A DNA stretch of 64,000 nt from a virus. Both the position numbers and the translations under genes were made by a program. Of this stretch, positions 26,133 to 36,999 are shown in pieces (positions within the stretch are counted from its first letter, which is position 1; every line of letters starts with the position of its first letter). Where the stretch lies: IMG/VR virus record IMGVR_UViG_3300042988_000510, positions 26,101-90,100 of that record; one strand, written 5' to 3'. Under the pieces are notes generated by a model. It was not told the DNA's origin and did not search any database. It saw only the letters and a list, made by a program, of their open reading frames with translations.

Positions 26133-29084
26133 ATGAGCCTCGAAACCGAAGTCGCGTCTTTAACCACAGCCACCACCAATCTGCTGAATGCAGTCACCAC
26201 CAGCAAAGACACGCTGGATCAGGCTGTGGCGACTGCCCAAGCCAAAGCGATTCTGGCGCAGGATGCCGCTGATACCGCCACGGGTCAGGCCAATAGCACG
26301 TTCTCGTCGGCGCTTACTGCTCAGACCGCAGCAGCCAATGCCGTGGCCGTGACCACGGGCGGCACTGCGTCACTGACGTCATCCGCAGGGAGAATCCCGA
26401 TTGCCGATGCCGCTGGCAAGATCGATCCTGGGTATGTAGACCTGCTGGCGGGCGGGGTGCTGCCGCTGCATCGATCCCCCAATGCCATTACGGCGATGTT
26501 CATCTATGACACCAGCAAGGACTCGGATGGGGGCGCCTGGACTGAGCGGTGCCAACATCTGTCCTGGTATCAGGAAAGCATCAATGGCAAATGGCTTGGG
26601 GCTCACCCCAGCGAGTTGTCGGCCCGGTGCCACAATGCGGTACTCGGCACCGAGAAGGTTTCCAACGGTGACTTCACCACCGATTTGACGGGATGGACCG
26701 CCTCGGCTGGTGCATCAGTGGTATCCAGCGCGCTCAATCTGGTCACCAGCAGTGCCACAGATGAGACATGCAAGCAGACGCTCACCACGGTTGCTTCGAC
26801 TAATTATGTTCTGACGTTCACCAAGGTTAGTGCCCCGGGAAACGCGACCGATCTCAGTATCACTGTCGGCACCAGTGACGGCGGCAGCCAGTTGTTGAAT
26901 CTGGCCAGCATCGGTGCGCTTGGTGCTGGGACTTACTCTTATGCGTTCACCGCCACGACGGCCACCAGCTTCCTGCGGTTCACCAATGCCACCGATACGG
27001 CGGCGACGGTCATCATCGATAGTGTGACTGTCAAGCCGGTAACGACTCAAGTATCCACGACCGGTGACTACTTTCAACTCACGACAGATGGCAAGTTTTA
27101 CTCGTTGAATGCCGGTTCTGGCACGACTCAGGTTTACCGGGGCAACAAGCGGGCGTTCCCTAAGTTGGCGGCGATTGTCGCTGAGGCAACCAATCTCACG
27201 ATCTACGACCTGACGGAAGCGGGCAGGCCGATGTGGATGCGGTTTTTTGGGCAGAGTGGTATATCCATGGTGATATACAGTGCTGCCTCTTGTGTGTCGG
27301 CGCTAAACGGCATCATGCTGGTCGGTGACTCTACGTTCGACTTGAACAGGATAGATTTCTTGCGGGATAACGGAAACAGGTTTGGCAATACGAATGTAAG
27401 TGCCCCGTACAAGGGCAACATCGCATCACGGAATGCCTTATTGGGTTGGTCTGCGGTTGATTCTAGTCTGGGCTGGATTGCATCCCGAGCTATCAACGCG
27501 GTCGCCATGACGGTCCTACCCGATGCTCCAACCCATCCGGCGACTGGACTGAAAATCCCTACCATTGCCGTAGCCACGGGGGGCGGGATCAGTATCATTC
27601 AGAATTCTGGAGTAGTCAGGAGTTCATCCAGCACGTCCGCCTTTACCCAGGTCACCCTCACGCCTCAGTTTCTATCTGCGGGTCGCGCTGATGCGGTTTG
27701 GTATTACGCGGCATCCCCTGGTGCCTTGGGTGCCTCGTTTGCCTTATCCACCAAAAACGCGAGTACCGCCACCGATTTCAACGTCGGTAACACGACGCTG
27801 CTGAGGGCCAGAGACCGTTCGACTCTGACTCGCACATCAAGTGCCATTGTGCAGATGCTGCGCAACAATGAAGGCGCTATCGGCAAAGGCATCGCGGCGA
27901 CAGTCTCCGATACTTACAACACCGGTTGGATGGTTGGCGATATTCGGCGGGCGTATCTAGCTAACTCAAAAACCGCTGATCGCAGTTACAAGGGGGCGAC
28001 GGCAACTGAGACCGGTACGGTAACCAGCGCGGTCGCCAACACCTCCACCGACCTTCTGGCCTACTCTGGGTTTAGTGGGTCGAACTATATCCGGGAAGCG
28101 TACTCGGCTGACTTGGACTTCGGCACTGGCGAGTGGACGTGCAGCGCGTGGGTGAATATCCCCACCGGAAATGCGGCTGCGGGGACGATTGTTTGCCGAG
28201 AGCACAGTTCGGGGGCTTACATTCGGCTGGGCATCAACGCCACGAATAAGCTGGTTGCCACGGTTTACGATGGCACTACTACCCGCACTGCCACCACATC
28301 GATGAGCTACAACTCGGCCACATGGGTTAAGGCCCGCGCCAACTACACCACTGACGGCAGGGTTGCCATCGCGGTGAACGGGGTTGAGGTCGTGGCTACT
28401 ACGGGCGCGGCGCTCCTCACCCTGAACAATGGCAGTGCGGTGCTGACTATGGGCAACTCCTACGCCCTCGATGCACCGTTCCCTGGCTCCATCACTCTGT
28501 TGAAGTTTTCGGCATCGGTACCCAGTGCAGAGCAGGCCCTGTTCATGTACGAGCAGGAGAAGCATCTGTTCAGCGCGTCGGCTAAGTGTGTGCTCCCGGC
28601 AAGCACAAACGTCCTGGACATGGCTTACGACGATGAAACCGATACGTGGGCTACGTTGCAGGCTACGCATGAGTCCACATGGTCTGGTCTGGTTCGTGCC
28701 TCAACGCAAACCCCGAGCGCAGGGTCATTCGCAAAAACCGCAGCGGGCGCTGGCAACAAGTTGCTGTCACGCACAACGGTCAGTCCGGGTGTTGACGTGC
28801 AAATGCCTTCTCGCGTGCTGAGACGAGAGCTTCGCCGCCGGCGAGAGGCCGCGAGCCAGGACCTTGTGGCGTTCGATTTTGATGCCGTGACTTCGCAGAC
28901 CGATTTCGTGTTGCCCGTAGGGTATGTCGCACGGGTGGTGTACTCGGCTGGGGCGCAGAAACGCATCGGTAGCACCAAGGATTATGTGCTCGTCAGTGAT
29001 GGGTTCCGTGAAACCGTCCGCTTTGCCGTCGCTCCGGGGAACACTGTCTGGGTCCAAATTCACGCAGTCCGCGAGGTGGCGTAA
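26133..29084 (+). CDS. Large tail spike/fibre with carbohydrate-binding and LamG-like domains
   Basis: RBS GAGGA before ATG 26133; VSNGDFTTDLTGW CBM-like start; LDFGTGEWTCSAWV LamG-like segment. Confidence 0.8.
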   Translation: MSLETEVASLTTATTNLLNAVTTSKDTLDQAVATAQAKAILAQDAADTATGQANSTFSSALTAQTAAANAVAVTTGGTASLTSSAGRIPIADAAGKIDPGYVDLLAGGVLPLHRSPNAITAMFIYDTSKDSDGGAWTERCQHLSWYQESINGKWLGAHPSELSARCHNAVLGTEKVSNGDFTTDLTGWTASAGASVVSSALNLVTSSATDETCKQTLTTVASTNYVLTFTKVSAPGNATDLSITVGTSDGGSQLLNLASIGALGAGTYSYAFTATTATSFLRFTNATDTAATVIIDSVTVKPVTTQVSTTGDYFQLTTDGKFYSLNAGSGTTQVYRGNKRAFPKLAAIVAEATNLTIYDLTEAGRPMWMRFFGQSGISMVIYSAASCVSALNGIMLVGDSTFDLNRIDFLRDNGNRFGNTNVSAPYKGNIASRNALLGWSAVDSSLGWIASRAINAVAMTVLPDAPTHPATGLKIPTIAVATGGGISIIQNSGVVRSSSSTSAFTQVTLTPQFLSAGRADAVWYYAASPGALGASFALSTKNASTATDFNVGNTTLLRARDRSTLTRTSSAIVQMLRNNEGAIGKGIAATVSDTYNTGWMVGDIRRAYLANSKTADRSYKGATATETGTVTSAVANTSTDLLAYSGFSGSNYIREAYSADLDFGTGEWTCSAWVNIPTGNAAAGTIVCREHSSGAYIRLGINATNKLVATVYDGTTTRTATTSMSYNSATWVKARANYTTDGRVAIAVNGVEVVATTGAALLTLNNGSAVLTMGNSYALDAPFPGSITLLKFSASVPSAEQALFMYEQEKHLFSASAKCVLPASTNVLDMAYDDETDTWATLQATHESTWSGLVRASTQTPSAGSFAKTAAGAGNKLLSRTTVSPGVDVQMPSRVLRRELRRRREAASQDLVAFDFDAVTSQTDFVLPVGYVARVVYSAGAQKRIGSTKDYVLVSDGFRETVRFAVAPGNTVWVQIHAVREVA

Positions 29085-29530
29085 TGAGTTCCTTCATCAA
29101 TATGTTGGCAAACGATATTTGGTCCGAGCAGGACATCACTAACCGCACCGAAGCCATGGTCCGCGCTGTCATGCCCCTGCAAGATGAGTTGGTCCTGAAC
29201 CGCAAGGTCCAAGGCGCGGCGCTGGGCCAGTACGAACTGACCGCACAGGATCAGACCGACATGGGGCGACTGGCGCAAGCCGGGTTTAGCGCCCAGCAGG
29301 AAGGGATCGCCGCTCGGGCTGACATGACCCTGTTGCTTCATGTCTTTGAGGTGGAGGCTGCGATAACGCGGCTGGACCGGCCGGAGGTTGCTCCCGAGGA
29401 CGAGACCTATGAGGCCGATCAGGCTGAAAGGACCGAGGCGATGGGGGTAGTCAGTGGGGCATCGGAAGAAGTGTTGATCTGGGTCGAAGCCAGAAGACCA
29501 CCCGTTGAGTCCATTCAAGACGCGGAGTAA
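29084..29530 (+). CDS. Putative fibre assembly chaperone
   Basis: Acidic helical ORF coupled directly after the spike gene. Confidence 0.6.
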   Translation: MSSFINMLANDIWSEQDITNRTEAMVRAVMPLQDELVLNRKVQGAALGQYELTAQDQTDMGRLAQAGFSAQQEGIAARADMTLLLHVFEVEAAITRLDRPEVAPEDETYEADQAERTEAMGVVSGASEEVLIWVEARRPPVESIQDAE

Positions 29531-29533
29531 TTC

Positions 29534-32500
29534 ATGTCCCTCGACAGCGAAGTCCAAGCCCTGACGAGTGCCGCAATCGATCTGTTTGATGCGGTCACCG
29601 ACACGAAGGCTATAGCAGAAGAGGCAGTCTCCCAGGCGACATCCCAGGCGGTATTGGCAGACCAAAGCGCGGAAGCCGCCCTTGCAGTCAAGCAAGACCT
29701 GGAGGCAAACTGGTCTGACAAGCTGCTACAGGCAGCAAGTGAGGCGGCCCTGGCGACGCAAAAGGCTTCTGAAGCTCAAGGCTTTGCTGCTACCGCAGAG
29801 GCCAGTGCCGCGCTTGCGATGACCGTGGCGACTCCCACGGCGGATACCGTCAGTGCTCTCAGGGAGTTAGCTGACCCGCTTGCTGTTCGGGTCATAACGG
29901 TTTTTGGGTTCGGCGCTTCGGGTGATGGTGGCGGTGGCTTCTGGCGCTACGATCCGGCGTCCAGTGACGCGGACAATGGCGGCACGGTAGTCAAGCCGAC
30001 AGCGATAGCCAGTAACGATCCTGGCCGATGGCTCAGGGTTTTCAGCGGCAATGTCGATTTGGCGTGGTTCGGTGCCGTTCGTGACGGGGTGACGGACGAT
30101 TACGCGGCATGGGTAGCGGCCAACTCAGCCGCGTCTGATCTTGGGGTTGGTATTGCGCTGACTTCGGGTGACAGTGCCATAAAGCAGGCGATCACCCTGA
30201 CCGTGCCCGTACATTTCACTGAGGGCGCCAAGATCGTGCCTTACCCGACGTGGGATGTGTCTGGGGCAACCACGTGGTCGGATACTGTAACCTATGCCAA
30301 GGACGACATTGTTCTTTACCGGGGCGAATACTACAAATCGGTAATCAATAACAATTTATCCACCATCACGGATTTGATCCCGCGCAGGTCAAATATAAGC
30401 CCGGAAGGTGGTAATACGGCATACTGGACTCGCCATGTGACGCTGACCCTATCTGCTGGGTACTATGCCGGCGACTATCAGCACGTATTCAATACCACCA
30501 CCGGTGGCGGGATAGTTATAACCACAGGCAGGTTTTCTGATAGTAGCGTACTATCCCCTGCTCACTGGGGTGCGAAGGTTGGTGGGCTTGTCGATTGCAC
30601 ACTGGCCTTGCAGTCGTGTTTTAACTCGGTCAAATATGCTTCAGAGCAGGCGTTCAATCCGGTCACGGTAGCCGGCATGTCGAACATGGGGGGTAATGTA
30701 TTTATTCCCCAGGGCGTGTGGCGGATGACCGCAGGCGCCGTGATGTGGTCTGGCACTGTGGTGAATGGCGTCGGGAAGGGGTCCGTATTAAGGCTGGATG
30801 ATAACGTCGATGACGTTATTATGCTGCAGATGGGGTGTGGCACTTTCGTTGGGGGAAACACCTCCGCTAACTACAGTGTCTTTACTAGCGTAAATCGCCT
30901 TGCATTTGTGGGGCTGGGCGCCAGGACTCAAGCGGTTGGCCTGCATCCGCAGACCGGACTGTTTGGTGGCGTGTATAAGGACCTGTATTTCTGCACGCGG
31001 TACGGGTTCAGAATGGTGAATGTCCAGTACACGCAATCTTCTGTTTTCGATAACATCCAGACGTTCGGTAACTTAACCAACCAAAATATAGGTTATGTCG
31101 ACCAGATTTTACGGCTGCAAGGCAATACCAACGTAATCAAAAATCTTGCCAAGGAAATTGGCACCGGCAATTCGTTCGATCCGTATGTGTTGGTGACCGG
31201 TCCTTCGGTGGGCGTGGTGCATACCACGTCTGACGGCACGCTTGGGACGTGGAAGCAGAACGACGAACTGAGCCACATGCACATGTTCGGCGGGGCTTAC
31301 GGGAACGGCAAACGGGTGTTGGTGGGTGATGCCGGGATGTGCCGGGTCAGTGAGGATTCGGAGGTCACCGAGTATCTCAAGGACGCTCACACGTCGGCGC
31401 TCTGGTCTGTTGCGTACAACGGGACCGATACATGGGTCGCCGTGGGTGAACAAGGGGCCATGGCGTATTGCCGTGACTCTGCGCTGGCGCCCGATGTATA
31501 CCGGTCAGGCGGATTCATGGGGTATATCGCCGGTACGACATTGACAGTGACGCGAGCGGGTGTCGCTTTAATCGTGGCGGGTCATAGTTTGTTCCCTGAT
31601 CACGGAATTCTTCCTGGCACTTACATCGTGAGCCAGCTAGGCGGCACCGCCGGCGGGGTCGGCACTTATGAGGTCAGCCGGTCGCAGACGGTCGGTGCGT
31701 CTGGCAGTGTGTACTATATGACGGCCGATTCTTGGGTGCCCCTGCCGTATCTCACAAAATCGAAACTCAAAAGCGTTTGTTATGGCGGTGGGTTGTGGGT
31801 CGCAGTCGGGTTCCGCTACTCCCCGACCGGGAATTACACGGAAATCCTCACAAGTCCTGACGGCGCGACGTGGACGGACGTTGCCAACACCCTGACGTTC
31901 AATGCTCGGGGCGCCTGTTATGGCAACGGATTGTTCGTCATCGTGGGTGATAGCGGGAAAATCGCCACTTCTACGGACGGTGCAACCTGGACACTGCAAA
32001 CGTCAGGGGTATCAACCAAACTCAACGGCGTGGCCTATCACGACAATACCTATATGGCGGTTGGCGCCTCGGGTGCGGTGCTGGCATCCACGGACGGAAT
32101 AACATGGACGGCTCGCACATCCAACACTACGGCGGAACTGTACGACGCCACCTACTCCGGTTCGCTCTGGCTGGTTTGCGGGTATCCAAACAAAATCACC
32201 ATCAGCCCGGACGGGGTAACATGGACAGCTTATGACGGTGGCGCTGGTTACGTGCCCTTGGGTCCCAGCGTGTTCTACACGGTCGTGTGGGACGGCGCAC
32301 AATTTGTGCTTGGCTCATCCGCAAACGGTGATCCAGTACCAAACGATGTTATTAACACGACTATATCGGGAGCAGGCGGCAATCAGTTTGAGCATATTTT
32401 GTTTGAGCAGGTTTGCAGTCGCAATAAAAGCCTATTGACCCTGGAATATGCTCGCAAGACTCGCATCAAGGGTATTTGGTTTGAAGCGGCGGGTGTATCC

Positions 32501-33496
32501 AGGTATTTTGAGTTGCTAAGCACCACTAGCGTGGACGTGGACCAGTTCAATACTGTGATCGGCACGGCTTCCAGGACTCTCAAGATCAGCGGCCTCAGCA
32601 GTCTGTACGTGAATGGTTCGGTTGATCTGATTTTTGATAAGGTCAATAAAGACCCCTCGGCAGAAATGGGGGCGCTGGAGACCACATCCGGTGACCTTTT
32701 TGCCGATACATATCCCAACGGGCGCAGTGGTGAGAGCATCACTACCTTGCGGTCGCCCACACTTCAGGGAAGTACGCAGTACCGGGCCTTGACGAGGCAG
32801 GAGAACCAGCGGAACGGCGGGCAGATCATGGTCAACACCAATTTCGCCCATAATGGCTGGGGTTGGAATATAACCGGGACACAACCGACTCCGGTTTATT
32901 CTGCTTCATCGCAAGGCGCTGGTAAGGTGATGTCGCTTGTGTGGGAAACTGGCGGGGGCGTTACCTGGCGTCAGCGCATTACCGTAGGCGCAGAGATGGT
33001 GGGTACGCCGGTCACTGTGCAGGTTTCCGGCAACATTCTCGACTACCAGTTGGCCAGCACTGCGGCGGCAATAATCCCTTACATCAATGGGGCCGGCATA
33101 TCGTCCACAAACAACGTCAGCCAAATCACAGGCAAGCGGGGCTGGTGTACCAACAGCCTGACCGCATATATCGGAGCAGCGGGGACGTTGGACGTTGGCT
33201 TTGTCATCTTCGGAAGTGCCGGAGTGACCACCCTGATATCAGATTGCACCGCGTCTTTTGGCAATGCCGCTGCCACAGCTTCACCGATAGTGGGGTGCCT
33301 GGAACTCTCCAGCGTAAATCCAGCCACCGGAATACTCACGCTCAACTCCGCCTCGATTCTGGCTGGGTCGGGATCGCCCGAGGGTGTGGTGACGGCGCCT
33401 GCGGGGTCCTTGTACCTTTGCACGGACGGGGGTGTGGGTGGCTCGATTTTCGTGAAGGAGTCTGGGACCGGCAACACGGGCTGGACAGCGAAGTAG
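29534..33496 (+). CDS. Large tailspike (pectate-lyase-like beta-helix plus beta-propeller repeats)
   Basis: GDGGGGFW, WFGAVRDGVTDD, VFIPQGVW, repeated SPDGxTWT Asp-boxes, C-terminal GSGSPEGVVTAPAGSLY..KESGTGNTGW. Confidence 0.85.
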   Translation: MSLDSEVQALTSAAIDLFDAVTDTKAIAEEAVSQATSQAVLADQSAEAALAVKQDLEANWSDKLLQAASEAALATQKASEAQGFAATAEASAALAMTVATPTADTVSALRELADPLAVRVITVFGFGASGDGGGGFWRYDPASSDADNGGTVVKPTAIASNDPGRWLRVFSGNVDLAWFGAVRDGVTDDYAAWVAANSAASDLGVGIALTSGDSAIKQAITLTVPVHFTEGAKIVPYPTWDVSGATTWSDTVTYAKDDIVLYRGEYYKSVINNNLSTITDLIPRRSNISPEGGNTAYWTRHVTLTLSAGYYAGDYQHVFNTTTGGGIVITTGRFSDSSVLSPAHWGAKVGGLVDCTLALQSCFNSVKYASEQAFNPVTVAGMSNMGGNVFIPQGVWRMTAGAVMWSGTVVNGVGKGSVLRLDDNVDDVIMLQMGCGTFVGGNTSANYSVFTSVNRLAFVGLGARTQAVGLHPQTGLFGGVYKDLYFCTRYGFRMVNVQYTQSSVFDNIQTFGNLTNQNIGYVDQILRLQGNTNVIKNLAKEIGTGNSFDPYVLVTGPSVGVVHTTSDGTLGTWKQNDELSHMHMFGGAYGNGKRVLVGDAGMCRVSEDSEVTEYLKDAHTSALWSVAYNGTDTWVAVGEQGAMAYCRDSALAPDVYRSGGFMGYIAGTTLTVTRAGVALIVAGHSLFPDHGILPGTYIVSQLGGTAGGVGTYEVSRSQTVGASGSVYYMTADSWVPLPYLTKSKLKSVCYGGGLWVAVGFRYSPTGNYTEILTSPDGATWTDVANTLTFNARGACYGNGLFVIVGDSGKIATSTDGATWTLQTSGVSTKLNGVAYHDNTYMAVGASGAVLASTDGITWTARTSNTTAELYDATYSGSLWLVCGYPNKITISPDGVTWTAYDGGAGYVPLGPSVFYTVVWDGAQFVLGSSANGDPVPNDVINTTISGAGGNQFEHILFEQVCSRNKSLLTLEYARKTRIKGIWFEAAGVSRYFELLSTTSVDVDQFNTVIGTASRTLKISGLSSLYVNGSVDLIFDKVNKDPSAEMGALETTSGDLFADTYPNGRSGESITTLRSPTLQGSTQYRALTRQENQRNGGQIMVNTNFAHNGWGWNITGTQPTPVYSASSQGAGKVMSLVWETGGGVTWRQRITVGAEMVGTPVTVQVSGNILDYQLASTAAAIIPYINGAGISSTNNVSQITGKRGWCTNSLTAYIGAAGTLDVGFVIFGSAGVTTLISDCTASFGNAAATASPIVGCLELSSVNPATGILTLNSASILAGSGSPEGVVTAPAGSLYLCTDGGVGGSIFVKESGTGNTGWTAK

Positions 33497-33514
33497 GGGC
33501 GCGATTGATCTAAG

Positions 33515-33536
33515 TCGTGACCTCACAATGGGGTCA
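33515..33536 (+). promoter_or_regulatory. Late-promoter motif (TCGTGAC-CTC-ACAATG)
   Basis: CAT at offset +20 to +22. Confidence 0.75.
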
Positions 33537-33555
33537 TTCCATCTGAGGATGACCC

Positions 33556-34623
33556 ATGTCTTTTCTTTACCCCGCCACCGATAACCTCATTACCGTCACG
33601 CTGGAGCGTGATGGCGCGGCCTATCCGATTCCATCTGGCGCTGCCGTGACCGCAGCGTTTTACAGTTTGGATGGTGTGCAGTTGCTGACCGACCTGGTTG
33701 CTGGCACGTCAACGACCAACCAGGCCGACTGGCCTCATGGCGTGGCTGCATTCGAGTTCGGCGCCGACCAGACATCCGGCATAACTGCAACCAACGTCCA
33801 GCTTCGTGTGTTCGTGCTCGTCAACGGACAAGAAGAGGAATGGACGGTCCTGTTTGAGTTGGCGCAGCCCGGGACCGAGAGCGCCCTGTTCCCTGAGCGA
33901 CTGACGGCGGTAGCCAGCCTGCAGGCGCAGCTTGCTGGCATGGGGTACACGGTGTCGGAGTCGGATGTCTGGTCGGCCATCAAGGCGGCCGAGGCTGATG
34001 CTCAACACAGGCTCCGCGTGTTTCTGCGACCGACATACGTCCTGCCGTTCCCGGTGCCATCTACCGATCTGGCGGCGGTCCCGGATGGTACGCCATGGGT
34101 TGAGGAGCCTGGCTACGATTACGAGCCCGACCTGTTTCAGGGTGAGGGCTGGGGGTATTTGGTCACCCGGCACAAGCCGATCCTGTCGGTCGACTACATC
34201 CAGTTCGCCTATCCGCAGCCGTTAAGCACTGTCTGGAACCTGCCCATGGAGTGGGTGCGGCTGGACAAGAAGTACGGCCACATCCGTATCGTGCCTGCGG
34301 GAACGTCCTACAGCGCCCCGTTCAGTGCTTGGATGATGCAGGTTCTCGGCGGTGGGCGGAACATTCCGCAGATGATTCGGGTGCGTTACCGGGCCGGGCT
34401 GGAAAATGCCGCTATGCAATATCCCGATCTGGTGGATGCCGTCAAGAAAATGGCGATCCTGCGCATGGTTGAGACGCAGATGCCGGGCACGTCCGAGTCC
34501 ATCTCAGCAGATGGCTTGAGCCAGTCGAAGTCTTTGGACCTCAATCAGTACCGGGATGCTATCAAGTCCAAGCTCGACGCGGTGTCCGAGTCCATCCATG
34601 GCATCAAACTGATGGTGATGTGA
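33556..34623 (+). CDS. Head-tail adaptor/neck protein
   Basis: PQMIRVRYRAG and SISADGLSQS motifs; synteny. Confidence 0.75.
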   Translation: MSFLYPATDNLITVTLERDGAAYPIPSGAAVTAAFYSLDGVQLLTDLVAGTSTTNQADWPHGVAAFEFGADQTSGITATNVQLRVFVLVNGQEEEWTVLFELAQPGTESALFPERLTAVASLQAQLAGMGYTVSESDVWSAIKAAEADAQHRLRVFLRPTYVLPFPVPSTDLAAVPDGTPWVEEPGYDYEPDLFQGEGWGYLVTRHKPILSVDYIQFAYPQPLSTVWNLPMEWVRLDKKYGHIRIVPAGTSYSAPFSAWMMQVLGGGRNIPQMIRVRYRAGLENAAMQYPDLVDAVKKMAILRMVETQMPGTSESISADGLSQSKSLDLNQYRDAIKSKLDAVSESIHGIKLMVM

Positions 34624-35273
34624 TGCAGTTGGAGCCGGCCAAGTTCAACAGGTTGTTGAATGACCTGGGGCAGTCGTTCTCGCTGCGTCGGGCATCCGCG
34701 TGTCCGTGCATTGAGCTTGAGACCAATGCGCCGAAACCCAACTGCCCGCACTGTAAGGGTATCGGTTGGCTTTGGGGTGTGGCGGTCACTGGCACGTCCG
34801 GGATTGCCGCGCAGAAGATCCAGCGCGAGTGGGCCAACTTCGGGCTATGGCAGTCGGGTGATGTCGTGCTGACCATCCCCTCTGATTCACCCCTGTACGC
34901 CATGGGTCCGTATGACCGGGTGGTCATGCTTGACTCGACCGAGGCTTTCAGCTTCGTGCGGCGCCGGGGCATCGATGACACGCAACCGGTGGCCTGGGCC
35001 AGTCTGGAGCGCGTCTACTGGCTCGATGAAGACGAGGAGCAGGTGACCAGTACCTTGCCGGGCATTTCCGGTTCGACGCTGACCTGGGGCGATCCGGAGG
35101 TCGATGACGCGATTCCGGCCGCCGGCCAGCAATACTCTATCACCGGCCGCAAGCATCCCGAGTTCTACATGCTGCAGGAACTGACTCAGGACCGATCTCA
35201 TCATCACGGCCGGGACCTGCCTCGCCGAGTGGTGCTGCGCAAGCTCGATTTGTTGGGGCGGCGCGATGGCTGA
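34620..35273 (+). CDS. Head closure/neck protein
   Basis: ACPC...CPHCKGIGW zinc motif typical of this position. Confidence 0.7.
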   Translation: MMQLEPAKFNRLLNDLGQSFSLRRASACPCIELETNAPKPNCPHCKGIGWLWGVAVTGTSGIAAQKIQREWANFGLWQSGDVVLTIPSDSPLYAMGPYDRVVMLDSTEAFSFVRRRGIDDTQPVAWASLERVYWLDEDEEQVTSTLPGISGSTLTWGDPEVDDAIPAAGQQYSITGRKHPEFYMLQELTQDRSHHHGRDLPRRVVLRKLDLLGRRDG

Positions 35274-36105
35274 TTATCTGATCAAGGTCGATATGGGTGA
35301 CCTGGCTGCTGCGGGTCCCATCGATAAGACTGTGTTCCCGCATCTAAACCAGGCGGTGCAGTTCTACGTCAACCAGGCGCACGCCAGTTGGGTCGAGTCG
35401 ATCCGCACGGCACAGGGCGTCTGGAAAGGTGACAAGGAGCGCTACGAGGACAGCCTGCAATCGGTGATGCTCTCCGACTTTGCCGGGGAAGTCTGGACCG
35501 ATCTCAATCTGGCCGAGGACATTGACACCGGGCGGCCCGAGCGCGATCTCAAGAAGATGCTCGACACCTCGCTCAAGGTGCGGGTCAGTCAGAAAGGGTA
35601 TCGGTACCTGATCATTCCGTTCCGGCACAACATCCCGGGGAATGCCGCATGGAATCAGGCCATGCCCGGCAAGATTTACCTCATGGCCAAGAAGATGTCA
35701 CAGTCCAAGGTGACGGGTCAGATCATGCGGCCGACCGGGCAGGGCTCCAAGGGTCCGTTCCTGTCTGATCCCAAGACCAAGGGGCCGATGATGGTGCCCG
35801 GTCATTCCTACCAATGGGGCGACCGGCTGCCGGCTGGGTTGGCTCCGAAGCTGAAGGCATTTCATGCCACCGATCCGTTTGCCGGTATGGTGCGGATGGC
35901 GGCCAATTCCCCCAAGGCAAAGTCATCATCCTACATGACCTTCCGCGTCATGTCGGAAGCCCCGCAACAAGCCCGCAAGTGGCTGGTCGCACCTAAGCCC
36001 GGGCTGTTCCTGGCCAAGCAAATCGCGGCCAAGATCGAGAAACTGGCCGAGCAATCGTTTCAGTACGCAATCGAACAGGATTTCAAGCAGGCCGGGCTCG
36101 AGTAG
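35266..36105 (+). CDS. Tail completion/neck protein
   Basis: DLKKML, YLIIPFRH and YMTFRVMS motifs. Confidence 0.7.
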   Translation: MADYLIKVDMGDLAAAGPIDKTVFPHLNQAVQFYVNQAHASWVESIRTAQGVWKGDKERYEDSLQSVMLSDFAGEVWTDLNLAEDIDTGRPERDLKKMLDTSLKVRVSQKGYRYLIIPFRHNIPGNAAWNQAMPGKIYLMAKKMSQSKVTGQIMRPTGQGSKGPFLSDPKTKGPMMVPGHSYQWGDRLPAGLAPKLKAFHATDPFAGMVRMAANSPKAKSSSYMTFRVMSEAPQQARKWLVAPKPGLFLAKQIAAKIEKLAEQSFQYAIEQDFKQAGLE

Positions 36106-36117
36106 CCATCCAAATCG

Positions 36118-36139
36118 TCGTGACATCACCATGATGTCA
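36118..36139 (+). promoter_or_regulatory. Late-promoter motif (TCGTGAC-ATC-ACCATG), leaderless start
   Basis: ATG 36139 at offset +21. Confidence 0.75.
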
Positions 36140-36999
36140 TGATTCAGTTCCTTCATGCTCTGCCCTGCGGCAATGCCGTCAGTATCACCCTGGACCCGCA
36201 CGGCGTCCCGTGGGTGCTGCTGCGTCGTACCGATGACGAGTTTGTCGGCTATCCAGATGGCGAGGCGGTTCTGGTGCGGGCCGGCGACGGCACTGAGACC
36301 AGTCACACGGTCATCGACTACTCCGGCTTGGTCAATGGCGAGACCGTCTGGTACCAGATGTTCTTCCAGTCCGACGATGGCTGGTACACCGTCGAGGACC
36401 CGGAAAGCGTCACCCCGACTTACGAGACTCAGCCCGGTTTCCAGATACCCGATCCCGTCACGCTGGTCCGCAGTCGTCTTGACCTGGGTGTCCAGTCGGA
36501 AGTCGCGGCCGGCAACTTGACGCATCCTCGCGGCAAGATCGACATCCTCCGCTCCCCTCCGATCATCGACAACGTGGTGTTCCCCTGCATCACGGTGCTG
36601 CTCGAGAGTACGACACCGGAAGAGCGGGGCATCGGCGACATCGTTCAGCCCGATTGGTTTGATCCCGATGCGGATCGCTGGGAGTCCTACACCGGCTGGC
36701 TGGACCGCACACGCATCCAGATTGGCGTCTGGAGTCTCAATGCCGAGGAGCGCGACGACGTGCGGAGGGCGGTGCAGAAAATCCTGACCACGAACCTGCC
36801 CATCTTCGACGATGCCGGCCTGCTGCTGATCGAGTTCCCACCGTCTGAATCCTTTGATCCGGCCAGCTTTGGCGTGCCGGTCTACCAGTCCGTCTTTGCC
36901 TTCTCCTGTCTGCATCCCAGTCTGGTGCGCGACCGGTATCTCCCCATCCATTCCATCGAGGTTAACACCAATGGCGAAAGAACCAATCCCAATGAATGA
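36139..36999 (+). CDS. Putative tail terminator protein
   Basis: FPCITV and WSLNAEERD motifs; position before the sheath. Confidence 0.65.
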   Translation: MIQFLHALPCGNAVSITLDPHGVPWVLLRRTDDEFVGYPDGEAVLVRAGDGTETSHTVIDYSGLVNGETVWYQMFFQSDDGWYTVEDPESVTPTYETQPGFQIPDPVTLVRSRLDLGVQSEVAAGNLTHPRGKIDILRSPPIIDNVVFPCITVLLESTTPEERGIGDIVQPDWFDPDADRWESYTGWLDRTRIQIGVWSLNAEERDDVRRAVQKILTTNLPIFDDAGLLLIEFPPSESFDPASFGVPVYQSVFAFSCLHPSLVRDRYLPIHSIEVNTNGERTNPNE

